A stretch of DNA of 64,000 nucleotides from an uncultured virus (IMG/VR IMGVR_UViG_3300011215_000019) (taxonomy: Duplodnaviria > Heunggongvirae > Uroviricota > Caudoviricetes), in IMG/VR virus record IMGVR_UViG_3300011215_000019, positions 1 to 64,000 of that record. The stretch is one strand, 5' to 3'. Numbering within the stretch: the stretch's first letter is position 1; every line of letters starts with the position of its first letter. The translations under genes were made by a program, and so were the position numbers. The notes under the pieces were generated by a model that did not search any database, was not told where the DNA came from, and worked only from the letters and a program-made list of their open reading frames with translations. Positions 17,969 to 27,641 of this stretch are shown one piece after another.

Positions 17969-18309
17969 GTTGCAGCTTCCAGCAGATCCGCGAGCAACTG
18001 GGCGCCGTCCGCTACGTTTACGCGACCAGTCTCTTCGTCGCGAATCTTCTCCAACAGCTCGTCGTACTTGGCCTTACCGACCATGCGGCGCAACAGACGA
18101 CCGGAATAGCCGGGGTTCTCGTCGACGTAGCTCAATTCGTCCAGCAGCTCGAAGTCATCGAACAGTTCTTCGCGGATTCGAAGCTCGACGCCGCGCAATT
18201 CAAGCACGCGGAACCCGTCTTCTACGACGACCTTCTTCTTGCGATCCTGGGGCTTCTTCGCGCCAGCAGGAATCTTCGTCGAATCAGTTACCTTGATTGC
18301 ATCAGCCAC
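17959..18309 (-). CDS. Tail assembly chaperone (gpG-like)
   Basis: GTG start after AGGAG; FDDFELLDEL; lies between major tail and TMP. Confidence 0.85.
   Translation of the reverse strand: MADAIKVTDSTKIPAGAKKPQDRKKKVVVEDGFRVLELRGVELRIREELFDDFELLDELSYVDENPGYSGRLLRRMVGKAKYDELLEKIRDEETGRVNVADGAQLLADLLEAATPN
17962..17968 (-). other. Programmed -1 frameshift heptamer CCCAAAC
   Basis: C CCA AAC TAA at end of chaperone gene, XXXYYYZ pattern in the correct phase. Confidence 0.8.
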
Positions 18310-18409
18310 AGCGGGGCCTCCTAAAAGATCATGAGCAGGGCAAGAAAAGAGCATGGGAACCTGTCGGGCGCGGCCCCGCTAAAGCGCGCCCGACAGGTGG
18401 ATTGGTGGA

Positions 18410-18943
18410 CTAGGCTTCGCCGTCGTCCAAGTAGATGTAGGCCTTCACGCCATCAGCGTCCGGGTAGGCCGTGAAAGTCACGTCGTAGCCGGTCGCTTCC
18501 TCGTTCTGGTAAACGATTTCGCCGCGCTCAGTCACCTGAGCATCAGGCAGCACGATGCGAATCGAATGCTTGTCGTCCAACACGTCGATCACAACGATGT
18601 TGTGCGGCGACTGCGCGCCGGTCACCTTGACCGCCTTCGCGGTCGCGTCCTTGTCGGCGTAGTAGACCTTCAGCGACAGCTCGTTGGTTTCCAACATGAC
18701 AAGCTGAAAAGTCACGTCATGCGAGGTCTGGACCTTGCGCACGGTGTCGCCATTCTGCCACGCTGTAATGTCGGTAACGTCGGTCTCGATCGCCTGAGTG
18801 ACGCCATCCGGTCCGATATAGCCAACGTCCTTGAACGCGGCGATCAGTGCCGTAGTAGCGTCGGCTGGTAGTGCCGTGGCCATCGGTGCCAGCGACACCG
18901 CGCCCGTAGTGGCAACGCGGACGTTCTGAGCAGTGTTCACCAT
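18410..18943 (-). CDS. Major tail protein
   Basis: VGYIGPDGVT, ITAWQNGDTVR, YDVTFTAYPD. Confidence 0.9.
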   Translation of the reverse strand: MVNTAQNVRVATTGAVSLAPMATALPADATTALIAAFKDVGYIGPDGVTQAIETDVTDITAWQNGDTVRKVQTSHDVTFQLVMLETNELSLKVYYADKDATAKAVKVTGAQSPHNIVVIDVLDDKHSIRIVLPDAQVTERGEIVYQNEEATGYDVTFTAYPDADGVKAYIYLDDGEA

Positions 18944-18982
18944 GACTTACCCCTTTCTTTTGGGCATGAAAAAGGGGCGAAG

Positions 18983-19378
18983 CTAAACAGCTTCGCCCCT
19001 CGTCAAGATTTCGAAATTTTGTCTGAAACGTGGAACCTTCGCATCAGGGTCAGGCATCCACACAATCCCGCCACTGGGGCGAGCCTTGTAAATGAGCACG
19101 CCTTTCAGCCGCTCATTTCGAAGCGCTTTCAATTGCGCTTCCACGTCCAATGCCAGATCGAACGCTTCGCTTTCGCTCCCGCCCCACGAATCGACAATCA
19201 TCGACCGCCAGCCGTGAACAACTGATCTGTCAGAACCCCCAGACGGCTCCAAAAGCACGAACTTTTGCGGGCGCGGATTCGGCACCCGAGCAACCGCCAC
19301 GCGCACAGCTAGAACAGCAGCAAAGAACGCCTGAACAGCCGACAGATGATTACCGAATCGGACAACCTCAACCGCCAC
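18983..19378 (-). CDS. Tail terminator
   Basis: RVPNPRP..FV and PDPDAKVPRF motifs; position. Confidence 0.75.
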   Translation of the reverse strand: MAVEVVRFGNHLSAVQAFFAAVLAVRVAVARVPNPRPQKFVLLEPSGGSDRSVVHGWRSMIVDSWGGSESEAFDLALDVEAQLKALRNERLKGVLIYKARPSGGIVWMPDPDAKVPRFRQNFEILTRGEAV

Positions 19379-19613
19379 CAGACACCGCCTTAGACAACGC
19401 CCCACGCTTAGCTTCAGCAATCATCGCTTTGGCAGTCTCCGTGTAAACGTTCGCGATCACACGGGTTCCCATCTGATGCACACCGACCGCAAAGCCCGGC
19501 CCCGCTCGATCAGAAATCTTTTCAGCTTCCGCCACCACCAGCGATTCAACTTCACCGCGCTTACGCAATTCATTGAACCCGTCGATGTTCAGCTTCACTC
19601 TGGTTTTCGCCAT
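19368..19613 (-). CDS. Neck/tail completion protein
   Basis: VKLNIDGFNELR; position. Confidence 0.7.
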   Translation of the reverse strand: MAKTRVKLNIDGFNELRKRGEVESLVVAEAEKISDRAGPGFAVGVHQMGTRVIANVYTETAKAMIAEAKRGALSKAVSGGG

Positions 19614-19615
19614 GG

Positions 19616-19969
19616 TCAGCCCTCCACACGTTTGAGCTTCACCCGGTATCCCGGCGTGAAACCGAACGGCCCATAATTGAAGTCATCCGGGCGACCCTGA
19701 ACGACCAACGGCAACGTCTCATTAGGTAACGTCACCTTGTCCAGGTGCCCGCAAAACGGTTTCGAGCAATACAGGTCAATGTCGTGAGCAAGACCTGAAT
19801 CGGTGTCTCGAATCGGTTCGTCGGCGCTCGGTGGACCCCAGCCGTACACGTTGACTTCCACAGGTTCGGCGAACGAATCCACCGGGTTGCCCCAGTCATC
19901 CTCCGCACCCTCTATCCGAGCTTCATGCGAAACCTTGAAAGGCTCTGGAAAGGTGACCATGCTCAACAC
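19616..19969 (-). CDS. Head-to-tail stopper
   Basis: DDWGNP, VQGRP, VKLKRVEG. Confidence 0.8.
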   Translation of the reverse strand: MLSMVTFPEPFKVSHEARIEGAEDDWGNPVDSFAEPVEVNVYGWGPPSADEPIRDTDSGLAHDIDLYCSKPFCGHLDKVTLPNETLPLVVQGRPDDFNYGPFGFTPGYRVKLKRVEG

Positions 19970-20361
19970 CCCGGAACGATCATGAACGCCTTGCGGTTAC
20001 GTGAACCGCCACCGCCAAGCAACTGCCGATGCAGCTTCGTCAAAAACAATGTCGCCTCGCGAGCACGGAAGGACAGCGACTGAGTGAATGGCCCCGCCGT
20101 GAATGACTGCTGCGAAACGTCGTCGCCTTCGCTCGCATCAAGCTCGCGCTGCAGCGTCGTAGCGACCATCTGGCACACCACGAGTTTCACAACAGCGGAG
20201 TCAAGACGGCCGGCCCGAATGCGAGCGTCAACGTCAGGGTATAGCCCACGAATGATCGTGCTCGCTTCTTCCAACTTGGTTTCAGCGACTTCGCGAAGCT
20301 CGTCGGGCAAATCGGGCCAGTGCTTCACAAGGTCTTCCAGATCAGCGAAAGGCACTGCCAT
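19963..20361 (-). CDS. Head-to-tail adaptor (Gp19/Gp15/Gp42-like)
   Basis: PFADLEDL, VVCQMV, TAGPFTQSLSF. Confidence 0.85.
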   Translation of the reverse strand: MAVPFADLEDLVKHWPDLPDELREVAETKLEEASTIIRGLYPDVDARIRAGRLDSAVVKLVVCQMVATTLQRELDASEGDDVSQQSFTAGPFTQSLSFRAREATLFLTKLHRQLLGGGGSRNRKAFMIVPGC

Positions 20362-20363
20362 GG

Positions 20364-20687
20364 TTACCCCTGGGTCTTGCGAGGACGGCCACGCTTGGCC
20401 GGTGCGGGCTTCGTGAAATCCGGTTCGCCCGATTCCTCGACGGCTTCGGTTTCGTCATTCACCGAGCCTTCTGCGCCCTCTTCGCCGGAATCCTCGGCGG
20501 TCACCGTTTCGTCGAAACGCTCCGACTCCGCGGAATCAGAGCTACCTTCGGATGGCTCAGAATCAGGGCCAGTAGCAACCCGATTGGTCACCTTGCCGAG
20601 CGCCCAATCAGGCACAACATCGCCTGGCGCGAACTCGACCGACTGAACACCGTCGAAAAGGTGCGTGTATTTGGTAAAAGTAGGCAT
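20364..20687 (-). CDS. Capsid-associated hypothetical protein
   Basis: PGDVVPDWA, acidic linker; follows MCP. Confidence 0.65.
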   Translation of the reverse strand: MPTFTKYTHLFDGVQSVEFAPGDVVPDWALGKVTNRVATGPDSEPSEGSSDSAESERFDETVTAEDSGEEGAEGSVNDETEAVEESGEPDFTKPAPAKRGRPRKTQG

Positions 20688-20756
20688 AGCGAAAATTCCT
20701 TTCAGGAACACCACGCGGCGCACGCTCGAAAGTGTGCGCCCCGCAATGCGTCCGGC

Positions 20757-21779
20757 CTAGTTGAGTACGTCCGCCACGAAGGTCAGGTCAGCATTGGACA
20801 GAACCGGCAATGCGATCGCGTCCGAATCGATCCAAGCGTTGTGCGGAACCGACTCGTTCTTGTGCGCTGCAACCACGATGCCCGGTTGCTCTTCGTCGGC
20901 GATGCTGTAGGCGTCGTCCATCGAAGTCAGAGTTCGACCCCAGAACGTCGCACCCAGCTCGGTCGGCTCGTCTGCGGTGGTTTCGCCCGGCTCAGGCAGC
21001 AGAAGCAGCACGTCATTCGGGATCACCAGGCCGCTTGCGGTGCGCCGATCGTAGATTTCGATCGGAGGAAGGCCAGCGCCTTCGATCACCGAATTCACGT
21101 CGTCGGCAGTTGCGCGGCGAGACGAACCATTGGCAAGCACGGTAGCGAATTCGCTACCGTTCGCCAGGGCGCGGAACACGCGCTTGGGCATGAGCACCGT
21201 GCCGGGCTCGCGGCCGTTGGTATCGGCGTACTTGTCGACCCAGGCTTCGAGGTCGGTCAGGCGCGAAACGGAAGGGTCAACCCACGGCGCGGCCGCGGTC
21301 ACGGAGTGCGACGGATCGCGGCCGAAATCGTCTTCCGACTTGAACCGGCGACCGTTGATCGTAGTCTTGCCAGTGGTGAGCGCGATACCGCGCTGACGCT
21401 CAGCAGTCGACACGATGGCCACTGCGACAGCCTTGGCGGTCTTCACGATCAGGTTGCGAAGCTCAGCATCGCCCGCGTTGCGGTTGCGAAGCTGCGCGTA
21501 TTCGCTCATGAATCGCTTCTGGCCAAGCGCGGGCAGCTTGATCAAGAAGCTGTCGCCCTCGTCGCCGCCAGCGGTTTCCGGCTCAGCGTCGTATGCACGA
21601 TACTGAGCTTCTTCGACAAGGCCATTGATGGTCTGAACGACCTCAACAACGATGTCAGCTACTTCCACGTTCGGCAGGAACCGCGCAAGCGAGCCCTTGC
21701 GGGCCTCGGCTGCATCGGCCGCTTCACGTGCTTCGGCGGTCAGTTCGACCGGGTCAATAAGATCATCCCAAAGTGCCAT
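20757..21779 (-). CDS. Major capsid protein (lambda gpE-like family)
   Basis: YRAYDAE, LGATFWG, DAIALPVL; 340 aa. Confidence 0.9.
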   Translation of the reverse strand: MALWDDLIDPVELTAEAREAADAAEARKGSLARFLPNVEVADIVVEVVQTINGLVEEAQYRAYDAEPETAGGDEGDSFLIKLPALGQKRFMSEYAQLRNRNAGDAELRNLIVKTAKAVAVAIVSTAERQRGIALTTGKTTINGRRFKSEDDFGRDPSHSVTAAAPWVDPSVSRLTDLEAWVDKYADTNGREPGTVLMPKRVFRALANGSEFATVLANGSSRRATADDVNSVIEGAGLPPIEIYDRRTASGLVIPNDVLLLLPEPGETTADEPTELGATFWGRTLTSMDDAYSIADEEQPGIVVAAHKNESVPHNAWIDSDAIALPVLSNADLTFVADVLN

Positions 21780-21796
21780 GCTAGGAACGTCCTTTC

Positions 21797-22168
21797 TTAT
21801 TCAAAGATGAAACCCGGCGCAAAGGCCGGGGCGGCGAATTCGCCGGGTACGTTGTCGACGACAATCGAGCCGTGACGCAAGATCGCCGCGGGCATCGCCT
21901 GGCCATTCGAAACCGGCGCATCAGTCAGCAGGAAGCCGAGATTCAGCGCCGGGTCTGTTCCCTCGACAGGTGCCACGTATGGGACAACTGCGGTCAGGTC
22001 GGCCGCGTTGACGGGCGTGCCGGCCGGAATGTAGCCTTTCGGGTAATGGGTTCCTTCGGTGAACGCCGAGATGTTCAGCGTCCCTGTCGGCGCGTTGCCT
22101 GTTCCGTGAGCGGAACCAAGCCAGTTCTGCGAACCGGTGCCATAGTGCTTGCGTTCTAGTCCGGGCAT
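21797..22168 (-). CDS. Head decoration protein
   Basis: WLGSAHG, HYPKGYIPAGTP, GFLLTD. Confidence 0.8.
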   Translation of the reverse strand: MPGLERKHYGTGSQNWLGSAHGTGNAPTGTLNISAFTEGTHYPKGYIPAGTPVNAADLTAVVPYVAPVEGTDPALNLGFLLTDAPVSNGQAMPAAILRHGSIVVDNVPGEFAAPAFAPGFIFE

Positions 22169-22181
22169 GATGCGCCCCTTT

Positions 22182-22796
22182 CTACTTCTTGTTGCGTTCT
22201 GCGATTTGGCGGCGGTGCTCCGAAATTGAGCCGCCGCCCTTGTGGTCATCAGCCGACCCGCCGCCAGACTTGCGAACAACAGAGCTCTTGCTGTTGGACT
22301 TCGCCAGGCGTTCGGCCAATGCTGCGCGCTTCTCTTTCGAAGCATCGCGAATCAGGTCGAGGTCATCCTTCGAGCTCAAACCATGAACCAAGGCCAAGCT
22401 GAGGACCGAAATCTCGGTGTCTCGATCGGCAATCGTCTGGTCACGTTCGGCGATGGTCGCTTCATGAGTCGAAACGGTTTCGGTCAGCGTCGAAATCTGA
22501 GTGTCACGCTCAGTTACTTCGCCCTGCAGCCGCTTGCGTTCGCTGCGTTCCTGAGTCAGATCAGCCATCACGGCATCCTTCGACTCTTTGGACTTGAAGT
22601 CGCCGCTGTCGTTGCCCGAGTCGGCGCCATCGCCCGGCTTGCCTTGACCGTCTGGCTTGCCTTCGTCCCCAGATGCGCCAGAGCCGCTGGCAGCAGAGCC
22701 CGAGCCGTCGTTACCTTCGACAAAGCGTGCCCCAGACAAAGAAAGCTTTGCCATGTAGTCAGGCATCTGCTCGAACAATGGAATGGATTTTGGCAT
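22182..22796 (-). CDS. Scaffolding protein
   Basis: Gly/Asp-rich N-terminus, coiled coil; position before capsid genes. Confidence 0.8.
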   Translation of the reverse strand: MPKSIPLFEQMPDYMAKLSLSGARFVEGNDGSGSAASGSGASGDEGKPDGQGKPGDGADSGNDSGDFKSKESKDAVMADLTQERSERKRLQGEVTERDTQISTLTETVSTHEATIAERDQTIADRDTEISVLSLALVHGLSSKDDLDLIRDASKEKRAALAERLAKSNSKSSVVRKSGGGSADDHKGGGSISEHRRQIAERNKK

Positions 22797-22890
22797 GGAA
22801 TAACCTCCTGGAAAGGGCCGCATCACACGGCAAACCCGGCCTAATCACAAGGCGGGAAAACGAAAACCCGAAAGTCAGGAGACTTTCGGG

Positions 22891-22927
22891 CATGAAAAAA
22901 CCCCGCACGATGAAAGTGCGGGGTTCG
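22891..22927 (-). terminator. Terminator after immunity gene
   Basis: ACCCCGCAC stem with T6 on minus strand. Confidence 0.75.
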
Positions 22928-22939
22928 AAAAGATTGTGG

Positions 22940-23125
22940 TTATGCGGCGGCTAGCAGCTCGGCCGGAATATCAAGCTCATGGTATTTCGCGGCCTGCATT
23001 TCCATGCTGTACGCATCAGCCCACTCTTCGTCCTCGATCACAATATCGAGAAGTTCCAAAGAGTTTTCACTGAGCGCAGGCGCAAGAATTTCGCGAATGC
23101 GCAATACCTTGTCTTCGATAGCCAT
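22940..23125 (-). CDS. Candidate immunity protein (MafI-like), 61 aa
   Basis: Small, acidic; LSENSLELLDIVIEDEEWADA; starts 2 nt after toxin-tipped gene. Confidence 0.6.
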   Translation of the reverse strand: MAIEDKVLRIREILAPALSENSLELLDIVIEDEEWADAYSMEMQAAKYHELDIPAELLAAA

Positions 23126-23127
23126 AC

Positions 23128-24210
23128 TTAGATGATACCTCCACCTTCACTAGGAGGGAACGCGGTAAGAACTTTCCTCGTTCCGTCGCCGCCCAGCTTA
23201 GTTCCAACCGATACTGTCACACCGTCAAATTTCCTCAGGAAATTCAAGACCGTTTCTGGGTACTCCGGATGCGGCTTCGTGTAATCAGGATTTGAAACGG
23301 TATCGCGAATGACCTTGGCAATATCGTAAGGAGTCATATCTTCAGCAAACGTGTCGATAGCTGTGCCGCCCGACAAATGACGCTTCAAAATATGCCGCCA
23401 TGTTCGACCGTTGACCGGCTTCAAGTCAGCCGGCCAACCCTGCGCAGGGTCTTGAAGAATGCTCGGGATTTCGTTACCGTCTTTGAAGTCTTCTGGGAAC
23501 ATGTCGCGCAAGCGTGAGGTGATGGCCTTGTCATCAGGACGAATCCCATCTTCCTGAACTTCATCACGAGCTTTCTGATACTTCGTGAGCATCGCGTCTG
23601 GATCATACCCAGCAAGCTCGGGAGAATCTTCAAACGAAGGAACGATCATGCAACGGTCATCGTTGTGGAACTCGTTGCCTACGCCGCCCGCTGAACGCTC
23701 CGTTGCGTAGACCCAGCCACGCGAAGCAAGCATGAAGCACCAAGCACAACATTCGCCGCCAGACGGCACACGCGCCCAATACGTTCGAGCGTTGTCCCGC
23801 GCCGCGTTCACGTGAACGGTCTCGCGAGCGGTGTACTCAACGAACCGCTGCAGTCGCCCATTGAGGGACGCGATTACCTTCTCAGGATTGCCGTCATCAA
23901 AGTGGCGAGCCGAATAGTCGTAAGCCTTACGAGCTTGTTCGTCAGGAACGTTCGCGGCCAGGATCGACCGAAACCCAGTAGGCGCGGCTGACTGCTCGCG
24001 AATGAGTTCGTAGAACTCGATAGCAGCCGATCCCGCCAGGTTCCCGTACTGGTCACACAGCGCCGAAAACACATCTGCGAGCGCGTCACGACGTTGCCCC
24101 ATGGGCCATTCCGCCATCAACGCATAAGCATCTGCCAGATCCTTTTTAGCTAAGTTCGAGACCGTATCAAGCGCCGCCCGGTAACGGTTCACATCGGCAC
24201 GCTTCACCAT
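23128..24210 (-). CDS. MuF-like minor head protein with C-terminal EndoU-like toxin domain
   Basis: CAWCFMLASRG...HNDDRC core; tip WRHILKRH...TF...GVTVSV...VLTAFP. Confidence 0.75.
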   Translation of the reverse strand: MVKRADVNRYRAALDTVSNLAKKDLADAYALMAEWPMGQRRDALADVFSALCDQYGNLAGSAAIEFYELIREQSAAPTGFRSILAANVPDEQARKAYDYSARHFDDGNPEKVIASLNGRLQRFVEYTARETVHVNAARDNARTYWARVPSGGECCAWCFMLASRGWVYATERSAGGVGNEFHNDDRCMIVPSFEDSPELAGYDPDAMLTKYQKARDEVQEDGIRPDDKAITSRLRDMFPEDFKDGNEIPSILQDPAQGWPADLKPVNGRTWRHILKRHLSGGTAIDTFAEDMTPYDIAKVIRDTVSNPDYTKPHPEYPETVLNFLRKFDGVTVSVGTKLGGDGTRKVLTAFPPSEGGGII

Positions 24211-24226
24211 GGGAACCCCCTAACGA

Positions 24227-25681
24227 CTACGCGCCCACGTTGCCAGGCTCGCTATCCGCCGGCTCAAACGCCGCATCTTCAGAAGCTGACCCATCGGCCA
24301 ACTTGCCAAGCAACAGCGCCTTGCCTTCAGCCATACGCGCATAGGACAAGTTACGTTTGATCTGATCATCGGTAAGCCCATACATCTCCATAGCAACCTC
24401 AGGATCACCGTTAGGGAATGCCTGGTTGTACTTCAACGCCGCGTCAGAACGCGCCTGAATCGTCGGGGTTCCCGGGTCAGCGAATCGAGCCGAAAGACCA
24501 CGCAAATCCTTTGCCATCGACGCATCCCACTTGTTATGGAACACGGCGAGCGCTTTGCGAGCTAGATTGACAGCAGCCAAGCTGTAGCTGATATTGATTT
24601 GGTGTTCGATCAGGGCGATCATGGACGCTTCTTCGGCGCGAATCGCGCCTTCGTTTTGCGGCTGATTGTGCTGGACGCCCAGGTAGCTCACGGGCATCTG
24701 AAGCTCGGATGCTGCGCGAAGCACTATTCCGTTGAACATCTCACTGTGCGGCTGCATCGAAGCCTGTTGCAACTGCTTCAGCTCAGGTCGAACTAGTTTG
24801 CCCTCGTCGTCATCCCACGTATCAGGCAAGCCCCAGATGCCGCCGGTAATGAGCTTCCAGATGTCGATTGGGTTGCCGTCTTTGTCGGTGAAGTGTTCTT
24901 CACTTGCGCCCAGCAAAGATCGTTGCGGTGCGCTGAAGAACTCGGCGGTTACTTCTTGGCGAAGTAGCGTTCGAATTCCTGAAAGAATCGTGCCGATTAG
25001 GGGTCGAGTGATGCGCGATCGTCCGAACGGACGGTCCAAATCCCAATCCCATATGTAGGGCTCGCACAGCACCAAGTCATGCCCCTGCGGCATTTCGTCC
25101 GTGACCAACCATTTGCCGGCTGAGTCCTTGGCTAGTTCCAGAACGATTCCGGGCAGATAAAGCAACGCTTCGTTCTTGCCGACAAGCTCCAGGGCTGCGG
25201 TCACTCCGCCCGTGCGCGGGTTCTGAATGCAGGTTGCTTCCAGGGCCGACTTGGCAGAGAAAATAACCTTCGGTTCGCCTTTGTCGGTGTCTCCGGGAGT
25301 GATGAACATGAATGCGGGACCGTGCTTCATGCTCGACTTTGTTGCGCCAGACTCCACGCGAGTTGCATGCGGGCTATCGAAAATCTCGTCGAGTTCACCA
25401 AGCAAAGTCGACTTCACGGGCAAACGAAACCCCTGGCGAAAAATGCGAGCTGATGGAACTGAAACCGACTTTTCGGCCCAGCCAAGCGGGGTCTGGAAAT
25501 CCACCATATGCGGCGGAACTGAGAACCCAACCTTGTCCAAGCGGTTCTTGGCATCATGAAGGTTTCGGCGAATCTGATTTCGCTTGCTGTGACGATGAAT
25601 CGAGAGGCGCATCTTTTGGAATAGGCTCCGCTCAGATGCTTCCAGCTCGCGGGGAAAAGTCACGGCTACCCCCTTAGTCAA
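24227..25681 (-). CDS. Portal protein (SPP1 gp6-like)
   Basis: RPFGRSRITRP, AEFFSAPQR. Confidence 0.9.
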   Translation of the reverse strand: MTKGVAVTFPRELEASERSLFQKMRLSIHRHSKRNQIRRNLHDAKNRLDKVGFSVPPHMVDFQTPLGWAEKSVSVPSARIFRQGFRLPVKSTLLGELDEIFDSPHATRVESGATKSSMKHGPAFMFITPGDTDKGEPKVIFSAKSALEATCIQNPRTGGVTAALELVGKNEALLYLPGIVLELAKDSAGKWLVTDEMPQGHDLVLCEPYIWDWDLDRPFGRSRITRPLIGTILSGIRTLLRQEVTAEFFSAPQRSLLGASEEHFTDKDGNPIDIWKLITGGIWGLPDTWDDDEGKLVRPELKQLQQASMQPHSEMFNGIVLRAASELQMPVSYLGVQHNQPQNEGAIRAEEASMIALIEHQINISYSLAAVNLARKALAVFHNKWDASMAKDLRGLSARFADPGTPTIQARSDAALKYNQAFPNGDPEVAMEMYGLTDDQIKRNLSYARMAEGKALLLGKLADGSASEDAAFEPADSEPGNVGA

Positions 25682-25682
25682 T

Positions 25683-27215
25683 TCATGCTGCTACGGCATG
25701 ACGCTTTTTCTTGTTGTCGTCAGAAGTGGACCGTGCACGCCGGGCAAACTTCGCTGCCCCAAACAGGGCGCAAGTTGCCGCCATCGTCGGCATCAGGTCA
25801 ACTTCTAAATCAGTACGGTTCCATTTGAAAGAACCAGGTCGATTCTTGATCGGGTCCTTCACCGTCGATTTCAGCGACTCGTAAAGGTGCTCTTGCTCCA
25901 CGAACCAAGTCACTGACTTTTCTCGATGGAACGCGTGATAGAGCTGTGCACAAGCCTGTGTAAATTCGTTGGCGTCAAGTACGCGAACCATCAGACCGCG
26001 CTTCTTCATCGGCGCTTCCAACAGATCGCGAGCCGGGCTATAAGCGTCCAGCACGACAGGAATTCGCCGCTTGCACCGTTCCCAGAACCAATCGACAACC
26101 GCTGAAATAGCGACCGAATCGAACCCAGAGTTCACGGCGAGCTCTAGATGCGTGGAAGCGCCCGAAGGCACAGCCCCACAAATGGAAATCTTCGTTTTCT
26201 CGGGGTTCATGTCCAAGCCGAACGCGGTCGGTGCTGACTCGGAATCGACTTGCTCAGCGTTCAACGCTTGGCGCTTCAAAATCTTCTCCGGGAAGGCCAT
26301 TTCAAGCTTCGCCGCGGGCGACGGGAACATGTTCAATCGCTCACGTGCAAACGAGCGGGCCGACATGCGTTCGCACTCGCCCTCAATGGTCGTCTCTGCG
26401 ATACGCTTGCCCGCGGCCGGGTTGCCATCTGCCCAGTTCTTGCGATCGTTCACGAACGCTTGCAACTCGATTTCGGTCATCTTGTCTAGCTCGCCCTGCG
26501 GCGAATGCTCGACCCACGCCGAACGCTTGGAACGACCAGTAATAGCAGCGGACCGAACGCGAATGAACGGTGCGCCACGCTCGCCATCAGTCTTAGGCGG
26601 CGTGCCCATGTAGACAATGACAGGATCGCCAGATGGCGAAGCCGAAACAGTCGCTTCCAAGGCTTCCTGTTCGTCTTCCTCGTATTCCTGAGCCTCGTCG
26701 ACAATCAGGAAATCAAAGGATGAACCACGACCAGCGCCACCAGTTCGAGCGCCAACCTCGATCAAGCCACCGTTAGACAGCTCGATAGCTTCCTGGCCGT
26801 TCGTCTTACGAATCTCAACGACCATCGCGTTCAGCTCAGGGAACGGGGCGTTCGGATCGTTGACCTTGCGTCCAAAGAATGACATGAGACGCTTGAACGC
26901 CTTGCGAGCCGACGTGAGCAAGTGGGAAGTGTGCAGAATCTTGAAGCCAAGCATGACCATCAGGTACAGCTCAACAGCTTCCAGAGCACCGTTCTTGCCG
27001 TTCTGGCGGGCAACAGAAAGGCCCCACGTAGAAGCACACCAGCGCCCCTCCGGAGTCATCCGAAACCAAATGCGAACCGCGTTTTCTTGCCATTCGTCCA
27101 GAACGAGTCCATATGCGGCCGCAAGCTTGATGCATGCCTCAGCATGAACCATGTTGACGTTCTTGCACTTCGGTGCGATCTGATACCGAGCATTCTGGTT
27201 GCCGACGAACGACAC
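25683..27215 (-). CDS. Terminase large subunit
   Basis: Walker A ARQNGKN, Walker B LIVDEAQ, MGTPP, nuclease FGLDM. Confidence 0.95.
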   Translation of the reverse strand: MSFVGNQNARYQIAPKCKNVNMVHAEACIKLAAAYGLVLDEWQENAVRIWFRMTPEGRWCASTWGLSVARQNGKNGALEAVELYLMVMLGFKILHTSHLLTSARKAFKRLMSFFGRKVNDPNAPFPELNAMVVEIRKTNGQEAIELSNGGLIEVGARTGGAGRGSSFDFLIVDEAQEYEEDEQEALEATVSASPSGDPVIVYMGTPPKTDGERGAPFIRVRSAAITGRSKRSAWVEHSPQGELDKMTEIELQAFVNDRKNWADGNPAAGKRIAETTIEGECERMSARSFARERLNMFPSPAAKLEMAFPEKILKRQALNAEQVDSESAPTAFGLDMNPEKTKISICGAVPSGASTHLELAVNSGFDSVAISAVVDWFWERCKRRIPVVLDAYSPARDLLEAPMKKRGLMVRVLDANEFTQACAQLYHAFHREKSVTWFVEQEHLYESLKSTVKDPIKNRPGSFKWNRTDLEVDLMPTMAATCALFGAAKFARRARSTSDDNKKKRHAVAA

Positions 27216-27229
27216 GACGGCATCACCTG

Positions 27230-27631
27230 CTAACCGGTTCTCTTCGCGACCTCCGCCCGAATCCGGTCAAGGTCAGTAACGCCAGCCGGGACAGGTTTCG
27301 TCTCTCCGCTCTTTGGTGCCGTAGCTGATAGCCCGTAGCGGGCGATCTTTTCAACCAGAGTCGCAAAAGCCGTTTGCTGTTGGCGGGCCTCGCTAAGTAC
27401 GTTCTGGAACTTCACTTCGACAACGAACGGTTCATCATCGCCATCGGGGAAATCAAGGCGGAACTGCATCAGCTCTAGAACGCCCTTACCCTGAATGATG
27501 TTGTCCAGCTCGTTCAAGCGGTCAGCCGTGCGGGCAGCTTCGAGAACCAAGGCATCGCGGGCAATCTCGCCTGTTTTGAGTGCAGTCCAGATTTCTAAGC
27601 CGCGTTCGCCAAGTCCTATAGGGTCATTCAT
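27230..27631 (-). CDS. Terminase small subunit
   Basis: GLGERGLEIW, EAARTADRLNELD, EARQQ; directly upstream of TerL. Confidence 0.85.
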   Translation of the reverse strand: MNDPIGLGERGLEIWTALKTGEIARDALVLEAARTADRLNELDNIIQGKGVLELMQFRLDFPDGDDEPFVVEVKFQNVLSEARQQQTAFATLVEKIARYGLSATAPKSGETKPVPAGVTDLDRIRAEVAKRTG

Positions 27632-27641
27632 TGCGACCCCC

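Noticed and set aside
20661..21875. Long antisense ORFs (also 39887-40951, 30376-31239, 29472-30281)
   Set aside because: Shadows of high-GC coding genes on the opposite strand; no motifs or RBS
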